Positions 46,760-57,274 of a stretch of 64,000 nucleotides of DNA are shown here, one piece after another. Every line of letters begins with the position of its first letter. The first letter of the stretch is position 1. Below the pieces are notes generated by a model that searched no databases, was not told the DNA's origin, and was given only the letters and a program-made list of their open reading frames with translations. The position numbers were made by a program, and so were the translations under genes. The DNA is from an uncultured Chloroflexia bacterium (lineage in GTDB: Bacteria; Chloroflexota; Limnocylindria; Limnocylindrales; CSP1-4). The stretch covers positions 115,242-179,241 of the forward strand of contig CAWGVH010000004.1 of the NCBI GenBank assembly GCA_963825995.1, written 5' to 3'.

Positions 46760-47530
46760 TCAGCGAGCCGTCCAGCCGCCGTCGACCATGAGCGTCGTAC
46801 CCGTCACGAGTGCAGCGGCGGGCGAGGCCAGGTACACGACCGCGCCGGCCACGTCGACGGGCTCACCGATCCGATGCAGCCCGGCGATGCGCTCCACGAC
46901 GTCGGCCGCGAAGGCTGGGTCTGACAGGGCCGGCTCCGTCCCAGGCGTGCGGATGAAGGTGGGCGCCACGGCGTTGACGTTGATGCCGTGCTGGCCCCAT
47001 TCCACTGCCAGGCACTTGGTCAGGTGCGAGACAGCCGCCTTGGAGGCGCAGTAGATGGCTTCCCCGGGCAGTGCGATGAAGCCCGCCTGCGAGCTCAGGT
47101 TGACGATCCTGCCCGAGCCCTGGCGGATCATCACGCGACCGACCGCCTGGCTGGTGAAGAAGAGGCCCTTGACGTTGGTGTCAAAGGTCAGGTCGTAGTC
47201 GGCCTCGTTCACTTCGTCAGCCGGATTCTCCGGCCCCAGGCCGGCATTGTTGACGAGGATGTCGATGCGACCCATGGTCTCGACCACGGCGTCCACCGCG
47301 GCCGTTATCTGGCCGATATCCAATACATCCATAGCCACCCGCATGGAGCGCCGCCCCATGGCCTCGATCTGCATCGCGAGGTCCGCTGCGTCAGTGGCGT
47401 TGCGCAGGCCCAGGGCCACTTCAGCGCCTGCATCGGCGAGGGCGAGGGCGATGGCGCGACCCAGCCCGCGCGCCGCGCCCGTGACCAGTGCGGTCTTGCC
47501 CTGCAGGCTGAAGTCCGGGTACTCAGTCAT
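46760..47530 (-). CDS. SDR-family oxidoreductase (KduD/gluconate-5-dehydrogenase-like)
   Basis: TGAARGLG cofactor motif, NNAG, and the YCASKAA catalytic YxxxK. Confidence 0.9.
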   Translation of the reverse strand: MTEYPDFSLQGKTALVTGAARGLGRAIALALADAGAEVALGLRNATDAADLAMQIEAMGRRSMRVAMDVLDIGQITAAVDAVVETMGRIDILVNNAGLGPENPADEVNEADYDLTFDTNVKGLFFTSQAVGRVMIRQGSGRIVNLSSQAGFIALPGEAIYCASKAAVSHLTKCLAVEWGQHGINVNAVAPTFIRTPGTEPALSDPAFAADVVERIAGLHRIGEPVDVAGAVVYLASPAAALVTGTTLMVDGGWTAR

Positions 47531-47609
47531 GGCGACTCCTACGAGTGTGTGGCCTTCCAGGTTTCGCGGTGGCGTCGGTGCGGGATGTGACGCTGCGACC
47601 TCACTGTGA

Positions 47610-48365
47610 TCAGCTGCGTGGTCGGGGCCTGCCCGTGATGAGCTCCTCCACTTCCTGGATGCTCGTCTGGGCGCGGTCCATGTCCCCGACCTTCAGTCCA
47701 AGCCGCAGCACCACGATGCGGTCGACGACCTGGAACACGTGGTGGATGTTGTGACTGATGAGCACGCTCGAATGACCGGCCTCCTTGGCTTCACGGATGA
47801 AGCGCATGACGCCATCCGCCTCCTCCACCCCGAGGTTGTTGGTGGGCTCGTCCATCACGATGAGGTCGGCCTCGAAGAACATGGCCCGCGCGATGGCGAT
47901 GGCCTGCCGCTCACCGCCGGAGAGGCTGGCGATCGGCGTCCGGGAGTCGATCGCCTTTGTGATGCCGACGCGGTTCATGAGCTCGCGCGTGGTGCGCTCG
48001 ACGTATGCACGATCGATGCTCCGGAAGGGTCCCAGGGACCGGGTGGGCTCTCGGCCCAGGAAGAGGTTCCGGCCGATGGACATCTGCTCCACGAGTGCGG
48101 AGTCCTGGTAGATGGTCTCGATGCCCGCGTCGATCGCGTCGCGAGTGCTCCTGAAGCGGACCGCGGAGCCCATGAACCTGATCTCGCCGGCGCTGGGGCT
48201 GACGGCCCCCGAGAGGATCTTGATGAGCGTGGACTTGCCCGCGCCGTTGTCGCCCAGCAGCCCCACGACCTCCGCCGGTCCCACGCTGAAGTCCACGCCC
48301 CCGAGCGCCGTGACGGGCCCGTAGTGCTTCTCGATCCCGAGCATCTCGACGAGGGGCGCGGCCAT
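47610..48365 (-). CDS. Sugar ABC transporter ATP-binding protein (single NBD, CUT2 type)
   Basis: ATG at 48365. Walker A GDNGAGKST, signature LSGGERQ, Walker B LIVMDEPT. Confidence 0.9.
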   Translation of the reverse strand: MAAPLVEMLGIEKHYGPVTALGGVDFSVGPAEVVGLLGDNGAGKSTLIKILSGAVSPSAGEIRFMGSAVRFRSTRDAIDAGIETIYQDSALVEQMSIGRNLFLGREPTRSLGPFRSIDRAYVERTTRELMNRVGITKAIDSRTPIASLSGGERQAIAIARAMFFEADLIVMDEPTNNLGVEEADGVMRFIREAKEAGHSSVLISHNIHHVFQVVDRIVVLRLGLKVGDMDRAQTSIQEVEELITGRPRPRS

Positions 48366-48367
48366 GG

Positions 48368-49366
48368 CTAGAGTCCCACTCGGCCGCGGCGCTCCGCAAG
48401 CGCCTGCAGGATCACGGCGACCAGGATGACGAGCCCGACGAACATGTTGTAGGCAAGACCCGGGACCCCGATGACGATGATGCCGTTGCGGATGGAGCGC
48501 AGGAGGATGACGCCGATGACGGTCCCGATGATGGTGCCCCGGCCGCCGTACAGCGAGGTCCCGCCGACCACGCACATGGCGATGACCTCGAGCTCGTAGC
48601 CTGTCCCGGAGATGGCGTAGGCGGAGCCGATACGCGTCGAGCTGATGATGCCCGCGAAGCCGGCGAGGAGCGCGCTGAGGATGAAGAGGCCGATCTTCAC
48701 GTTCGCCGTGTTCACGCCACGGGCGATGGCCGAGCGCTCGTTGCCGCCGGTGGCGGTGATCCAGTTGCCGCGCGGCGAGCGGTTGAGGAGGAAGTAGGTC
48801 AGCACGGCGAGCACGACGAACCAGAAGAGGCCTGCGTAGACCGTCAGCGACCCGATGTCGCCGGACCCGACCAGCAACGTCTTGAGGACCGAGTCGCCTG
48901 TCAGGGTGTCCTCGGGGAAGCCCTCCGAGATGTAGAGGCCGAAGCCGCGCACGGTGAGCGCAACGCCGAGGGTGACGAGGAACGAGGTGATGCCTACCTT
49001 CGCGACGAGGATGCCGTTGGCGAGGCCGATGAGCATCGAGACGCCGAGCGCGATGAGCATGGCCAGCTCGGGCGCCACCTTGGCGTCGTTCACGAGCATG
49101 AACATGATCAGCGCCGCGAACCCGAAGACACTGCCGACCGAGAGGTCGAAGACTCCGGCCGTGAGCAGGAGCGTCATCCCGAGGGCCACGATCCCGAACT
49201 CCGGGATGAACGCGAACATGTTGCCGAGGTTGGCGAACGACAGGAAGGACGGGTCGACCAGCCCCAGGACGATCCAGGCGCCCAGCAGCAGCACGATGGG
49301 GATGATCTCGGGCCGGGCGATGACCTGCCTCCGCAGTCGGGCGCCCGTGGTCATGGTGCTGGTCAT
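48368..49366 (-). CDS. Sugar ABC transporter permease (RbsC/BPD_transp_2 type)
   Basis: ATG at 49366. GMTLLLTAGVFDLSVGS and many TM helices. Confidence 0.85.
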   Translation of the reverse strand: MTSTMTTGARLRRQVIARPEIIPIVLLLGAWIVLGLVDPSFLSFANLGNMFAFIPEFGIVALGMTLLLTAGVFDLSVGSVFGFAALIMFMLVNDAKVAPELAMLIALGVSMLIGLANGILVAKVGITSFLVTLGVALTVRGFGLYISEGFPEDTLTGDSVLKTLLVGSGDIGSLTVYAGLFWFVVLAVLTYFLLNRSPRGNWITATGGNERSAIARGVNTANVKIGLFILSALLAGFAGIISSTRIGSAYAISGTGYELEVIAMCVVGGTSLYGGRGTIIGTVIGVILLRSIRNGIIVIGVPGLAYNMFVGLVILVAVILQALAERRGRVGL

Positions 49367-49475
49367 CTCGGCACGCGGGAGACGCGAACCACCCGGCCCT
49401 GGCGCGAAGCCTGGGGCCGGGTGGCGATGGCACGCTCGATCTGTAGCGTCACGCAAGCGCCACGATCGACATGCG

Positions 49476-50426
49476 TCACTGGGTCAGCGCGATGTACTTG
49501 TCGGCCGTCGAGGCGTCGTACAGGGTCTGCGTGGGGATGTCGTAGCCGATCGTGAGACCGGTCGCGGCCTTGTTGAGCAGGACGATCGAGTCGTAGCCCG
49601 CGGCGTCTGGATAGGCCCAGATGGCCGCGTTCACGTAGCCTTCCTTGACCTCGTTGGCGGTCTCGTTGGTGCTGCCCCAGCCCGTGACCGGGATCGAGCC
49701 CTTCTCGATGCCTGCGGCGTCGAAGGCCGGCTTGATATTCGTCATGACGAGGTCGCCGAGGCCGATGATGGCGCTCACCTCTTCCTGATGAGAAGTGAGG
49801 TAGTCGGTCATGTTCGACAGCGACTGCGCCGGGTCGTAGCCGGCATCGAAGACCTCGTACGTGATGCCGAGGGGATCGAAGATGCTGCTGATGCCCTCGG
49901 TCGCAAGGACCTGGTAGGCCGCGCCGGGGACCTCGACCGGCATCCAGACGAAGTCACCTTCCTGGACGAAGCCGTTGTCCACGAGGAACGACGCCCACGT
50001 CGTCCCGAGGGTGAAGAGGTTCGCGCCCACGTAGGCGAGCCGGCCCGATGTCACATCGTCCGTGTCGAGATAGACGACCGGGATGCCGGCGTCCAGCGCT
50101 GCCTGGGTCTCCTCGACGAACGCGCCCGTCTCGGGGCTGGAGACAGCGATACCGTCCGCGCCCGCGGCGATGGCGGCGTTGAAGGATTCCTTCTGGGCGG
50201 CGATGTCGTTCTGGGCGAAGGAGACATTCACCTTCACGCCCAGGTCGACACCCGCCTGTACTGCAGCGTCATTGACGATGACCCAGTAGGGATCGGACGC
50301 CGCGCCGTGCGTGACGACGTAGAACGTGAGGTCCTTCGACTCGTCCTGTGCTGTCGCTGCCATGGGCACACTGGCCAGCACCGCCACCGACGCCAGGGCG
50401 ACCAGGACTCGTAGCGCTCTCTTCAT
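49476..50426 (-). CDS. Monosaccharide ABC transporter periplasmic binding protein (RbsB-like)
   Basis: ATG at 50426. Signal peptide MKRALRVLVALASVAVLASVPMAATAQ and a Peripla_BP-like body. Confidence 0.85.
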   Translation of the reverse strand: MKRALRVLVALASVAVLASVPMAATAQDESKDLTFYVVTHGAASDPYWVIVNDAAVQAGVDLGVKVNVSFAQNDIAAQKESFNAAIAAGADGIAVSSPETGAFVEETQAALDAGIPVVYLDTDDVTSGRLAYVGANLFTLGTTWASFLVDNGFVQEGDFVWMPVEVPGAAYQVLATEGISSIFDPLGITYEVFDAGYDPAQSLSNMTDYLTSHQEEVSAIIGLGDLVMTNIKPAFDAAGIEKGSIPVTGWGSTNETANEVKEGYVNAAIWAYPDAAGYDSIVLLNKAATGLTIGYDIPTQTLYDASTADKYIALTQ

Positions 50427-50704
50427 GCCTCTCCCTCCGCACGGTGCACGTGCGCTGCGATGGGCGAGTCGTTTCGCTCGGCCCGCCCCGACCGCCTCCT
50501 CGACACCCCCGTCGCGGAGGTCAGCGAGCACCGTATGCCCTCTCGTCAGGCGAGTCAAGGCTGGTGGTCGCGTGCGCGGAGGACGAACGGCATGGGCCGC
50601 TCGGTGCCGAGCGGGCACCAGCGAACGGCGCGTAGCATCGGACATGTCGCCGGCACGGTGGCCGCCGAGACGCGCGCCGGTCGAGGGACCACGGACAGGA
50701 GCCG

Positions 50705-51758
50705 ATGAGCATGGTCACGTTGACGTCTGTCGAGCGTTGCCGGGTGGTCCTGGCCGGAGGAGTCCCCGACCGGGTGCCCGTCTGTCTCCTGAACTTCATG
50801 CCGGCGGCAGCCCTGGCGAGCATGTCCCTCCGGGAGTACTGCACCGACGGCCGCGCCATGGCCGAAGCGCACATCAGCGCCTGGGAGCGGTACGGCCACG
50901 ACATGATCGACCTCGAGAATGGCGTCGCGGCGCTCGCGGGTGCCGTCGGATGCCACGTGGGCTTCGAGACGGAGACCTCGCCGCCGTGGGTCCTGGCGCC
51001 GGCGCTGGCAGCGGATCGAGGATGTTGACCAGCTGCGGCCCATCGACCCGAGCAGTGACGGGATGCTCCCGGAGCTGCTGAAGGCCACGCGCCTGATCGT
51101 CGAAACGCTGGGCGAACGCGCCTTCCTGCTGGCGGAGGCGGACCAGGGCCCCTTCAGCCTGGCCACGCAGATCGTGGGCATCGAAGGGCTGCTCATGGCG
51201 CTCACGGACCCGGACAAGGCGGGTTTCGTGCGACGCCTCCTCGAGTACGCCACGGAGCAGGTCGTCACCTATGCTCGCGCCCTCATCGCAGCGGGCGCCC
51301 ACATGACGGGCATGGGCGACTCCATCGCCGGTCCCGACGTCTGCTCGCCGGCCATGTATCGGCAGTTCGCCTGGCCGTACGAGCGCCGGGTCGTGGAGAC
51401 CCTGGCCTCCGAGGGCACGATGATCGGCCTGCACATCTGTGGCGACGCCACGCCCATCATCGGCGACATGGTCGGCACGGGCTCATCGCTGCTCGCGGTG
51501 GACTACAAGGTCGACCTGGCCGCTGCCAAGGCAGCGGCGCGCGGCGTGACCACGCTGATCGGCACCGTCGACCCGAGCGGAGTCCTGGCCCGCGGCACCC
51601 CGGATGACGTGCGAGCCGCGGCCCGCGCGGACCTGGCCGTCCTGGCGGCCGGCGGCGGCTTCATCCTGGCGCCCGGCTGCGCCCTCCCCTATGACACCCC
51701 GGACGAGAATATCCGGGCGTTGGTCGAGACTGCGCACGTCGACGGACGATACGACTGA
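50705..51758 (+). pseudogene. URO-D (uroporphyrinogen decarboxylase/MtaA-like) family protein, frame break near 51005
   Basis: The N-terminus VPDRVPVCLLNFMPAAA...DLENGVAALAGAVGC lies in track ORF 50705..51028. RIEDVDQLRPIDP...GLHICGDATPIIGDMV...APGCALPYDTP continues in the +1 frame (track ORF 50919..51758). Confidence 0.7.
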
Positions 51759-51830
51759 GCACTGCCTCGGCCCCGGGAGCCCGGGAGCGCTGGCGGATAC
51801 CCGACCGGCGCGCACGAGGCGTCTGGCGTG

Positions 51831-52743
51831 TCAGCCCGTCGGTCCACCCGTCATGCGCCAACGATGGGCGAGGGCGGCGCCGATGATGCCCGCGTCGCGT
51901 CCGAGCTCCGCCCACAGGATCGGCGGCGGCGCTGGGCGCACCAGCCGCGCGGCAAAGGCCGACTCGAGCGCCACGCGCCACGCGCCGCGCGCCGTGGCGA
52001 CACCACCCCCGACGACGACCGCCCCCGGGTCGAGCAGGCACGCCAGCGTGGCGAGACCCTCGCCCAGCGCCTGTCCGGCCGACCGGACGATGAAGGCAGC
52101 ATCCCGGTCGCCGTTCGAGGCAAGCCGGAAGACATCGGCCGCCCCCGCGGCCTGCTGGCCGGTCAGAGCCTCGTACCGCTCACGGATCCCTTCGCCCGAG
52201 GCATAGCGCTCCAACGGCAGCGACGAAGCGTCGTCGACTCGCCGCGACACCTCGAGCTCGCCCAGGGCGATGGCCTCCCCGCGAGCTCCGTGACGGGCGC
52301 GGCCATCCTCCACGAGCGCGTACGACAGTCCGGTACCCACGATCACGAAGACGAAGCTGGGGAGGCCCTGCGACACGCCCTGTGCGCCTTCGCCCAGAGC
52401 CGCGCAGCGGACGTCGGATTCGACCGTCACCGGTGCAAGTTCGGCGAGCATCTCGGCCGGTTGCCTGGTCCACGAGAGGACCTCATGGCTGGTGAGATGC
52501 CCCTCTCGGTCCACGTATTCCGGGAATCCCGCGCCGATGCCGTCGACCGTCAACCCTCCAGCAAGCGGCCTCCGCCATCAGCGATCGGGCGAGCCCCATG
52601 GTGACCATGAGCCCCGGGTCGCGGGCGCCGTCGACCAGCGTCGAGCGCGCCCTTACGGCCAGCGGTCGACCCGATGCTGAAACGAGCCCACCGGCCACCT
52701 TCGTGCCACCCACGTCCAGGCCGAGCGTGACGGTCCGGCTCAT
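51831..52743 (-). pseudogene. ROK-family kinase/regulator, frame break near 52555-52575
   Basis: MSRTVTLGLDVGGTKVAGGLV lies in track ORF 52483..53289. LTVDGIGAGFPEYV...VIVGTGLSYALV...VVGGGVA lies in track ORF 51831..52553. Confidence 0.7.
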
Positions 52744-53007
52744 GCCATGGAGTTCCTCGCCCCCCGCGACCACGGTCAGTCCCTCCGGCGACGGCGCACT
52801 CTCGACCCCACGCGGCACCGAGCCGCGGCGCCGGGTAAGCGTGTCATCTCGAGTCCGCGCCCGCAACGCTCCACGGCATCGTCGGGCCCGTACAGCAGGG
52901 TCGCGCCTATGGACACCATTGTGGGCGCAGCGTAGCGTTGCCGGACCGGTCGTCCGAGCGGGGCCTTCGCCGCCCGCGACGACCGCGATGGGGGAAGGAG
53001 GGTCATC

Positions 53008-53418
53008 GTGAACCGATCCACCATCAGCCTCCGGACCACGCTCGCCCTGCTCGCGGCGCTCGTGTTCGGGTCGGGCATCGGCACGTTCATGGCGGCCGCG
53101 GCGCCTCAGAGCGGGCCCAGCTCGACCACCCTGGCGGCCGTGCCCACCGGCGAGAGCCTGGAGGCGGAGCTCACGGCCATCGACCTCACGAGGCACACGA
53201 CGAGACTCGTCGATGGTATCCCTGGTACCCGCGGGAGCGTCAGCGTGTCCTGCCCGGAGGGGATCGTCATCGGCGGTGGCTTCAGCCACGTGAGCAGCGG
53301 CCTGCGTGTCACTGAATCACGGCCGGACGGGATCCACTCCTGGCAGGTCTCGTGGACGCAGACCTCCACGGATGACACGGCGATCTACGCGTACGCGGTG
53401 TGCATGACGACGGTCTGA
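53008..53418 (+). CDS. Secreted hypothetical protein
   Basis: GTG start with a GGAAGGAGGG RBS. Signal peptide TLALLAALVFGSGIGTFMAAAAP. Two Cys residues. No family recognised. Confidence 0.6.
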   Translation: MNRSTISLRTTLALLAALVFGSGIGTFMAAAAPQSGPSSTTLAAVPTGESLEAELTAIDLTRHTTRLVDGIPGTRGSVSVSCPEGIVIGGGFSHVSSGLRVTESRPDGIHSWQVSWTQTSTDDTAIYAYAVCMTTV

Positions 53419-53810
53419 TCATCGGCATCGGCGTCCTGCCGTGCCGGCCAGCTCCAGCATGCGCTGCGCCCCGGCCGGATCCACCTCGCGAGGGAACCAT
53501 CGAGACTTCGCCTTGCTCGCTATCGCGACAGGTGCGATGCCGCTGTAACCGGAAGGCTCCGCCCTGTGAGGCGTCGCCATGCACTGGTGTCGGAGCATGG
53601 ACGGACCACACGCCCGCGCGGAGCTACCGCAATTGACCGTCATCGACGCCAGTCTCGCGTTCCTCGTGGCAACGGTCCTATCGGCGGTCGGCGTGGCCCT
53701 CGTGAGCGGCCCGCCGGAGGATCGCGAGGAGCTGGACCGGCAGCTCCGATGGCGGCGATGGCGATAGCCTCACGACCGTCCTTGGCGACCGCTCACCGGA
53801 GACCTGCCAC

Positions 53811-56244
53811 TTGACGATCCAGGCGGTGCTGTTGGTCGGAGCGATCGAGGGCCTAGATGCCACGCTCCGCGAGCTGGCGGCTGCCGGGATCGTCATCTCC
53901 GGGATTCGGCGTCATGGGACGCGCGCCGTGGAGCGGGCCGTCGAGGCGCTCTGGAGGCATGACGGCATCCGCGCCAGCGAGGTCCTCGTCGTCGATGCCT
54001 GCGAGCGCTGCCTGGGGCCCCCACGGTCCCGCAGGATCTCCATGGCAGACGCGCGGACCACGCTTCACGCCCTGCGCCAGGGCAGGGCTCGTGCTCCGCT
54101 ACCGGATATCCCTGAGCCATCCGCATGGACGATCGAGGTCAACGGCGCCGACCCTGCGCTCGAGCAGATGCGGGACAGCTGGCTGGCCATGATCGATGGC
54201 GTCATCGGGACGCTGGGCAGTCCGCTGGCTGCCTGGGCACCGGCACGTCGCGAGGTCCTCGTGGCCGGCGTGTTCGTGGACAGCGGGCCGCACAGTGATC
54301 TGCTCCGGGCCCCGGACTGGACGCGACTGGACGGAGACCTCGTCCCCGAGGCCGGGCTGCGCCGTGTCCTCGACCTGCGCACCGGCCTGCTGCACCACGA
54401 GGGCCGCAGCACAGCCGGACGATTTCCGCGCGGTTACCTTGAGCAGCCGTGCCCGCCCCGGTCTGGGCGCGTTACGTGCCGAAGGCGCTGGGGCCCGAGC
54501 ACCACGGGGTGTCGTCCTTGCCCCCGACCACGCCCGCGGTCGGGGGTGGGTGGCACGCGATGGCACGCGCGCAGGAAGGCGCGCTGAGGCGTACATCGTT
54601 ACCGGCACGCCTGGCGGTGTCGCCGTGGCTGCCAGCCAGTCGGCGCACGGTCGCGCGCAAGCTCATCGGCTGGAGCGGTTCGCCGCCTACGTGTCGCACC
54701 CGGACCGAACGCCGAGTCTCGACGCGGCGCGGGAGTACCTCGCGCGTGGAGAGCAGCTCGGGTTCGACGGGCTGCTGCACGGGCAGCGCCGGGCCTGGGC
54801 GCGACGCTGGGAGGAGATGGGCATCCGCATCGACGGCGATGACCACCTCCAGCGCGCTGTGAACTTTGCCCTGTTCCACCTCGACAGCTCGATCGCCACG
54901 ACCCGTCAGGCACCCCTTGGCCCGCGAGGTCTCTCGGGACCTGCATACAAGGGCCACGTCTTTTGGGACTCGGAGATCTTCGTCCTGCCCTTCTTCGCCG
55001 CCACCAGACCGGCCGCGGCGCGAGCCATGCTGGCCTACCGCGTGGCGCGGCTCCCCGCCGCCCGAGAAGCCGCGCGGGAGGCAGGCTTCCGTGGCGCATG
55101 GTTCCCTTGGGAGTCGGCCGCCGACGGGCGCGACGTGACGCCGCCGTGGGTCCCGGGCCCGACCGAGCTTCCCATCCGGGTGTGGACCGGGGAACGGGAG
55201 CTGCACGTCGTCGCGGATATCGCCTGGGCAGCCATGGAGTACGTGGCGTGGAGTGGGGACGCTGCCTTCGCGAGCCGCGACGGCCGACGGCTGCTCATCG
55301 AGACGGCTCGCTTCTGGGCGTCGCGTCTCGAACAGGATCCTGACGGCAGCGTCCACCTGCGGGGCATCATCGGACCGGACGAATACCACGAGCTCGTCGA
55401 CGATAACGCCTACACGAACGTGATGGTCCGCTGGAACCTCCGCGCAGCGGCGGCAGTCGCGGCGGCCAAGCGGCCGCGGAGCCGGGCGGACGCGCAGGCA
55501 GAGAGACGGGCCTCCGACGAGCCGTCAGCCGAGGAGGTCGACGACTGGCTGCACATCGCGGGGCGCATCGTCGACGGCTACGATCCCGGGACCCGCATCT
55601 ACGAGCAGTTCGCCGGGTTCCATGGGCTGGAACCGATCCGCATCGCGGAGATGCTAACCCGGCCCGCCTGGGCTGATGCCCTGCTCGGCCGCGAGCGGGT
55701 CGCGCGGGCCCAGGTCGTGAAGCAGGCGGACGTGCTGCTGCTGCATCACCTCGTCCCCGGCGAGACGGCTGAGGGCTCGCTTCAGGCGAACCTGGACTAC
55801 TACGAGCCACGCACGGCGCACGGAAGTTCGCTGTCGCCGGCCACGCATGCGGCCCTCCTGGCACGTGCGGGCCGGTACGAGCGGGCGCTCGATGCCCTGC
55901 ACATGGCCGCCTTCATCGACCTGGACGACCGCACCGGGACCGCCTCGCAGGGCCTCCATATCCAAACCATGGGTGGACTCTGGCAAGCCCTGGTGATGGG
56001 CTTCGCTGGCGTTCGCCCGGCCGGCGATCGGCTCGCCATCGACCCCCACCTGCCGCCGGCATGGCGCCTCCTGGATGTCCCGGTTCGCTTCCGCGGGTGC
56101 CTCGTCCGGGTCAGCATCGTGCCCGGGTCGATGACCATCCGCAGCAGCGCCCCGGTCGAGGTCGCCGTGCCCGGGAACCCGTCACTGACCGTCACCAGCC
56201 GCGGCATGGAGCTGCGCGAGCGGGACGGGCACTGGTCCACCTGA
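53811..56244 (+). pseudogene. Glycoside hydrolase family 65 phosphorylase (kojibiose/trehalose/maltose phosphorylase-like), frame break near 54420
   Basis: The N-terminal domain lies in track ORF 53811..54587. FRAVTLSSRARPG...GHVFWDSEIFVLPFF...GPDEYHELVDDNAYTNVM lies in track ORF 54196..56244. The start codon is tentative. Confidence 0.75.
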
Positions 56245-56250
56245 CCGGCG

Positions 56251-57078
56251 TCAGGCGGTCTCGAGCAGCTCGGCCAGGTCGTGGACCACGAGCGAAGCCC
56301 CAGCGGCCCTGAGCTCCCCAGCGAAGCCGGCCCGGTCGATGGCCAGGACGAAGGCAAACCCGCCACGGACCCCGGCCTGCACTCCGGCCAGGGCATCCTC
56401 GACGATGGCGACCCGCCCCGGGGCCTCTCCCAGCCGTCGGGCGGCCTCAAGGAAGATGGCCGGGTCCGGCTTGCCGGGCAGCTGCAGACGGCGAGCGTCC
56501 AGGCCATCCACCTTCACGCCGAACCGCCCCAGGACGCCAGCCGCCCGGAGGACGTGTGTGGCGTTCTCGCTCGCCGAGATGACGGCCACGCGACGCCCCG
56601 TGGCAAGCAGGCGGTCCACGAACTCGACCGTGCTGGCGACCGGTTCGACGCCCTCCCTGGCGGCGAGCTTCAGGAACACCCCATTCTTGAGCAGACCCAG
56701 GCCGCTGACAGTCTCGTATCCAGGCGCATCGCCTGGCTCGCCCTCCGGCAGCCAAAGATCACGGGAGGCCAGGAAGTCGCGGATGCCCGCCTCGCGTGGC
56801 TTTCCGTCCACGAAGCGTCGGTAGTCGTCCTCATCGAAGGGGCGGTAGCGACCGAGGCCGGCAGCCGAGCCGGCAGCATCACCGTCGTCCAGGCTGGCCC
56901 GCCGTTCGAGGTACGTGTCCAGGGTCTGCTTCCAGGCGTCCCGGTGGATGGTGGCCGTGTCCGTGATGACACCATCCATGTCGAAGACGACCGCCGCCAG
57001 CCGCGAGAGCGGGAAGGCAGCGCCGATGCCACTGGCACCGCTGACGGGATCGCCGCGATGGTCGCTGATAGGGGGCAT
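56251..57078 (-). CDS. Beta-phosphoglucomutase-family HAD hydrolase
   Basis: ATG at 57078. VVFDMDGVITDT nucleophile motif, ISASEN, GKPDPAIF, EDALAGVQAG. Convergent with the GH65 gene. Confidence 0.8.
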   Translation of the reverse strand: MPPISDHRGDPVSGASGIGAAFPLSRLAAVVFDMDGVITDTATIHRDAWKQTLDTYLERRASLDDGDAAGSAAGLGRYRPFDEDDYRRFVDGKPREAGIRDFLASRDLWLPEGEPGDAPGYETVSGLGLLKNGVFLKLAAREGVEPVASTVEFVDRLLATGRRVAVISASENATHVLRAAGVLGRFGVKVDGLDARRLQLPGKPDPAIFLEAARRLGEAPGRVAIVEDALAGVQAGVRGGFAFVLAIDRAGFAGELRAAGASLVVHDLAELLETA

Positions 57079-57274
57079 GGGCGGCCGAGCATCGGCTTTC
57101 GCATGACGGTCGTCAACGGCCCGGAGGCCCCCAGTGGGCGGTTGCAAGGAGGTTGGCATGCCCTCTGACGTCTCCTGTGATGCCGGATCGGGCCTGCCCT
57201 GGGGGACGATGCCGGGGAGCCCGGCGGCCGCCCGTCCCCCGGAAGCTCACAGCCGATGTCGGAGGAGCGATCAC

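Noticed and set aside
53579-53767. 62-aa ORF with one hydrophobic helix in the gap from 53419 to 53810
   Set aside because: No RBS, weak coding bias and an Arg/Trp-rich tail. The evidence is too weak to call.
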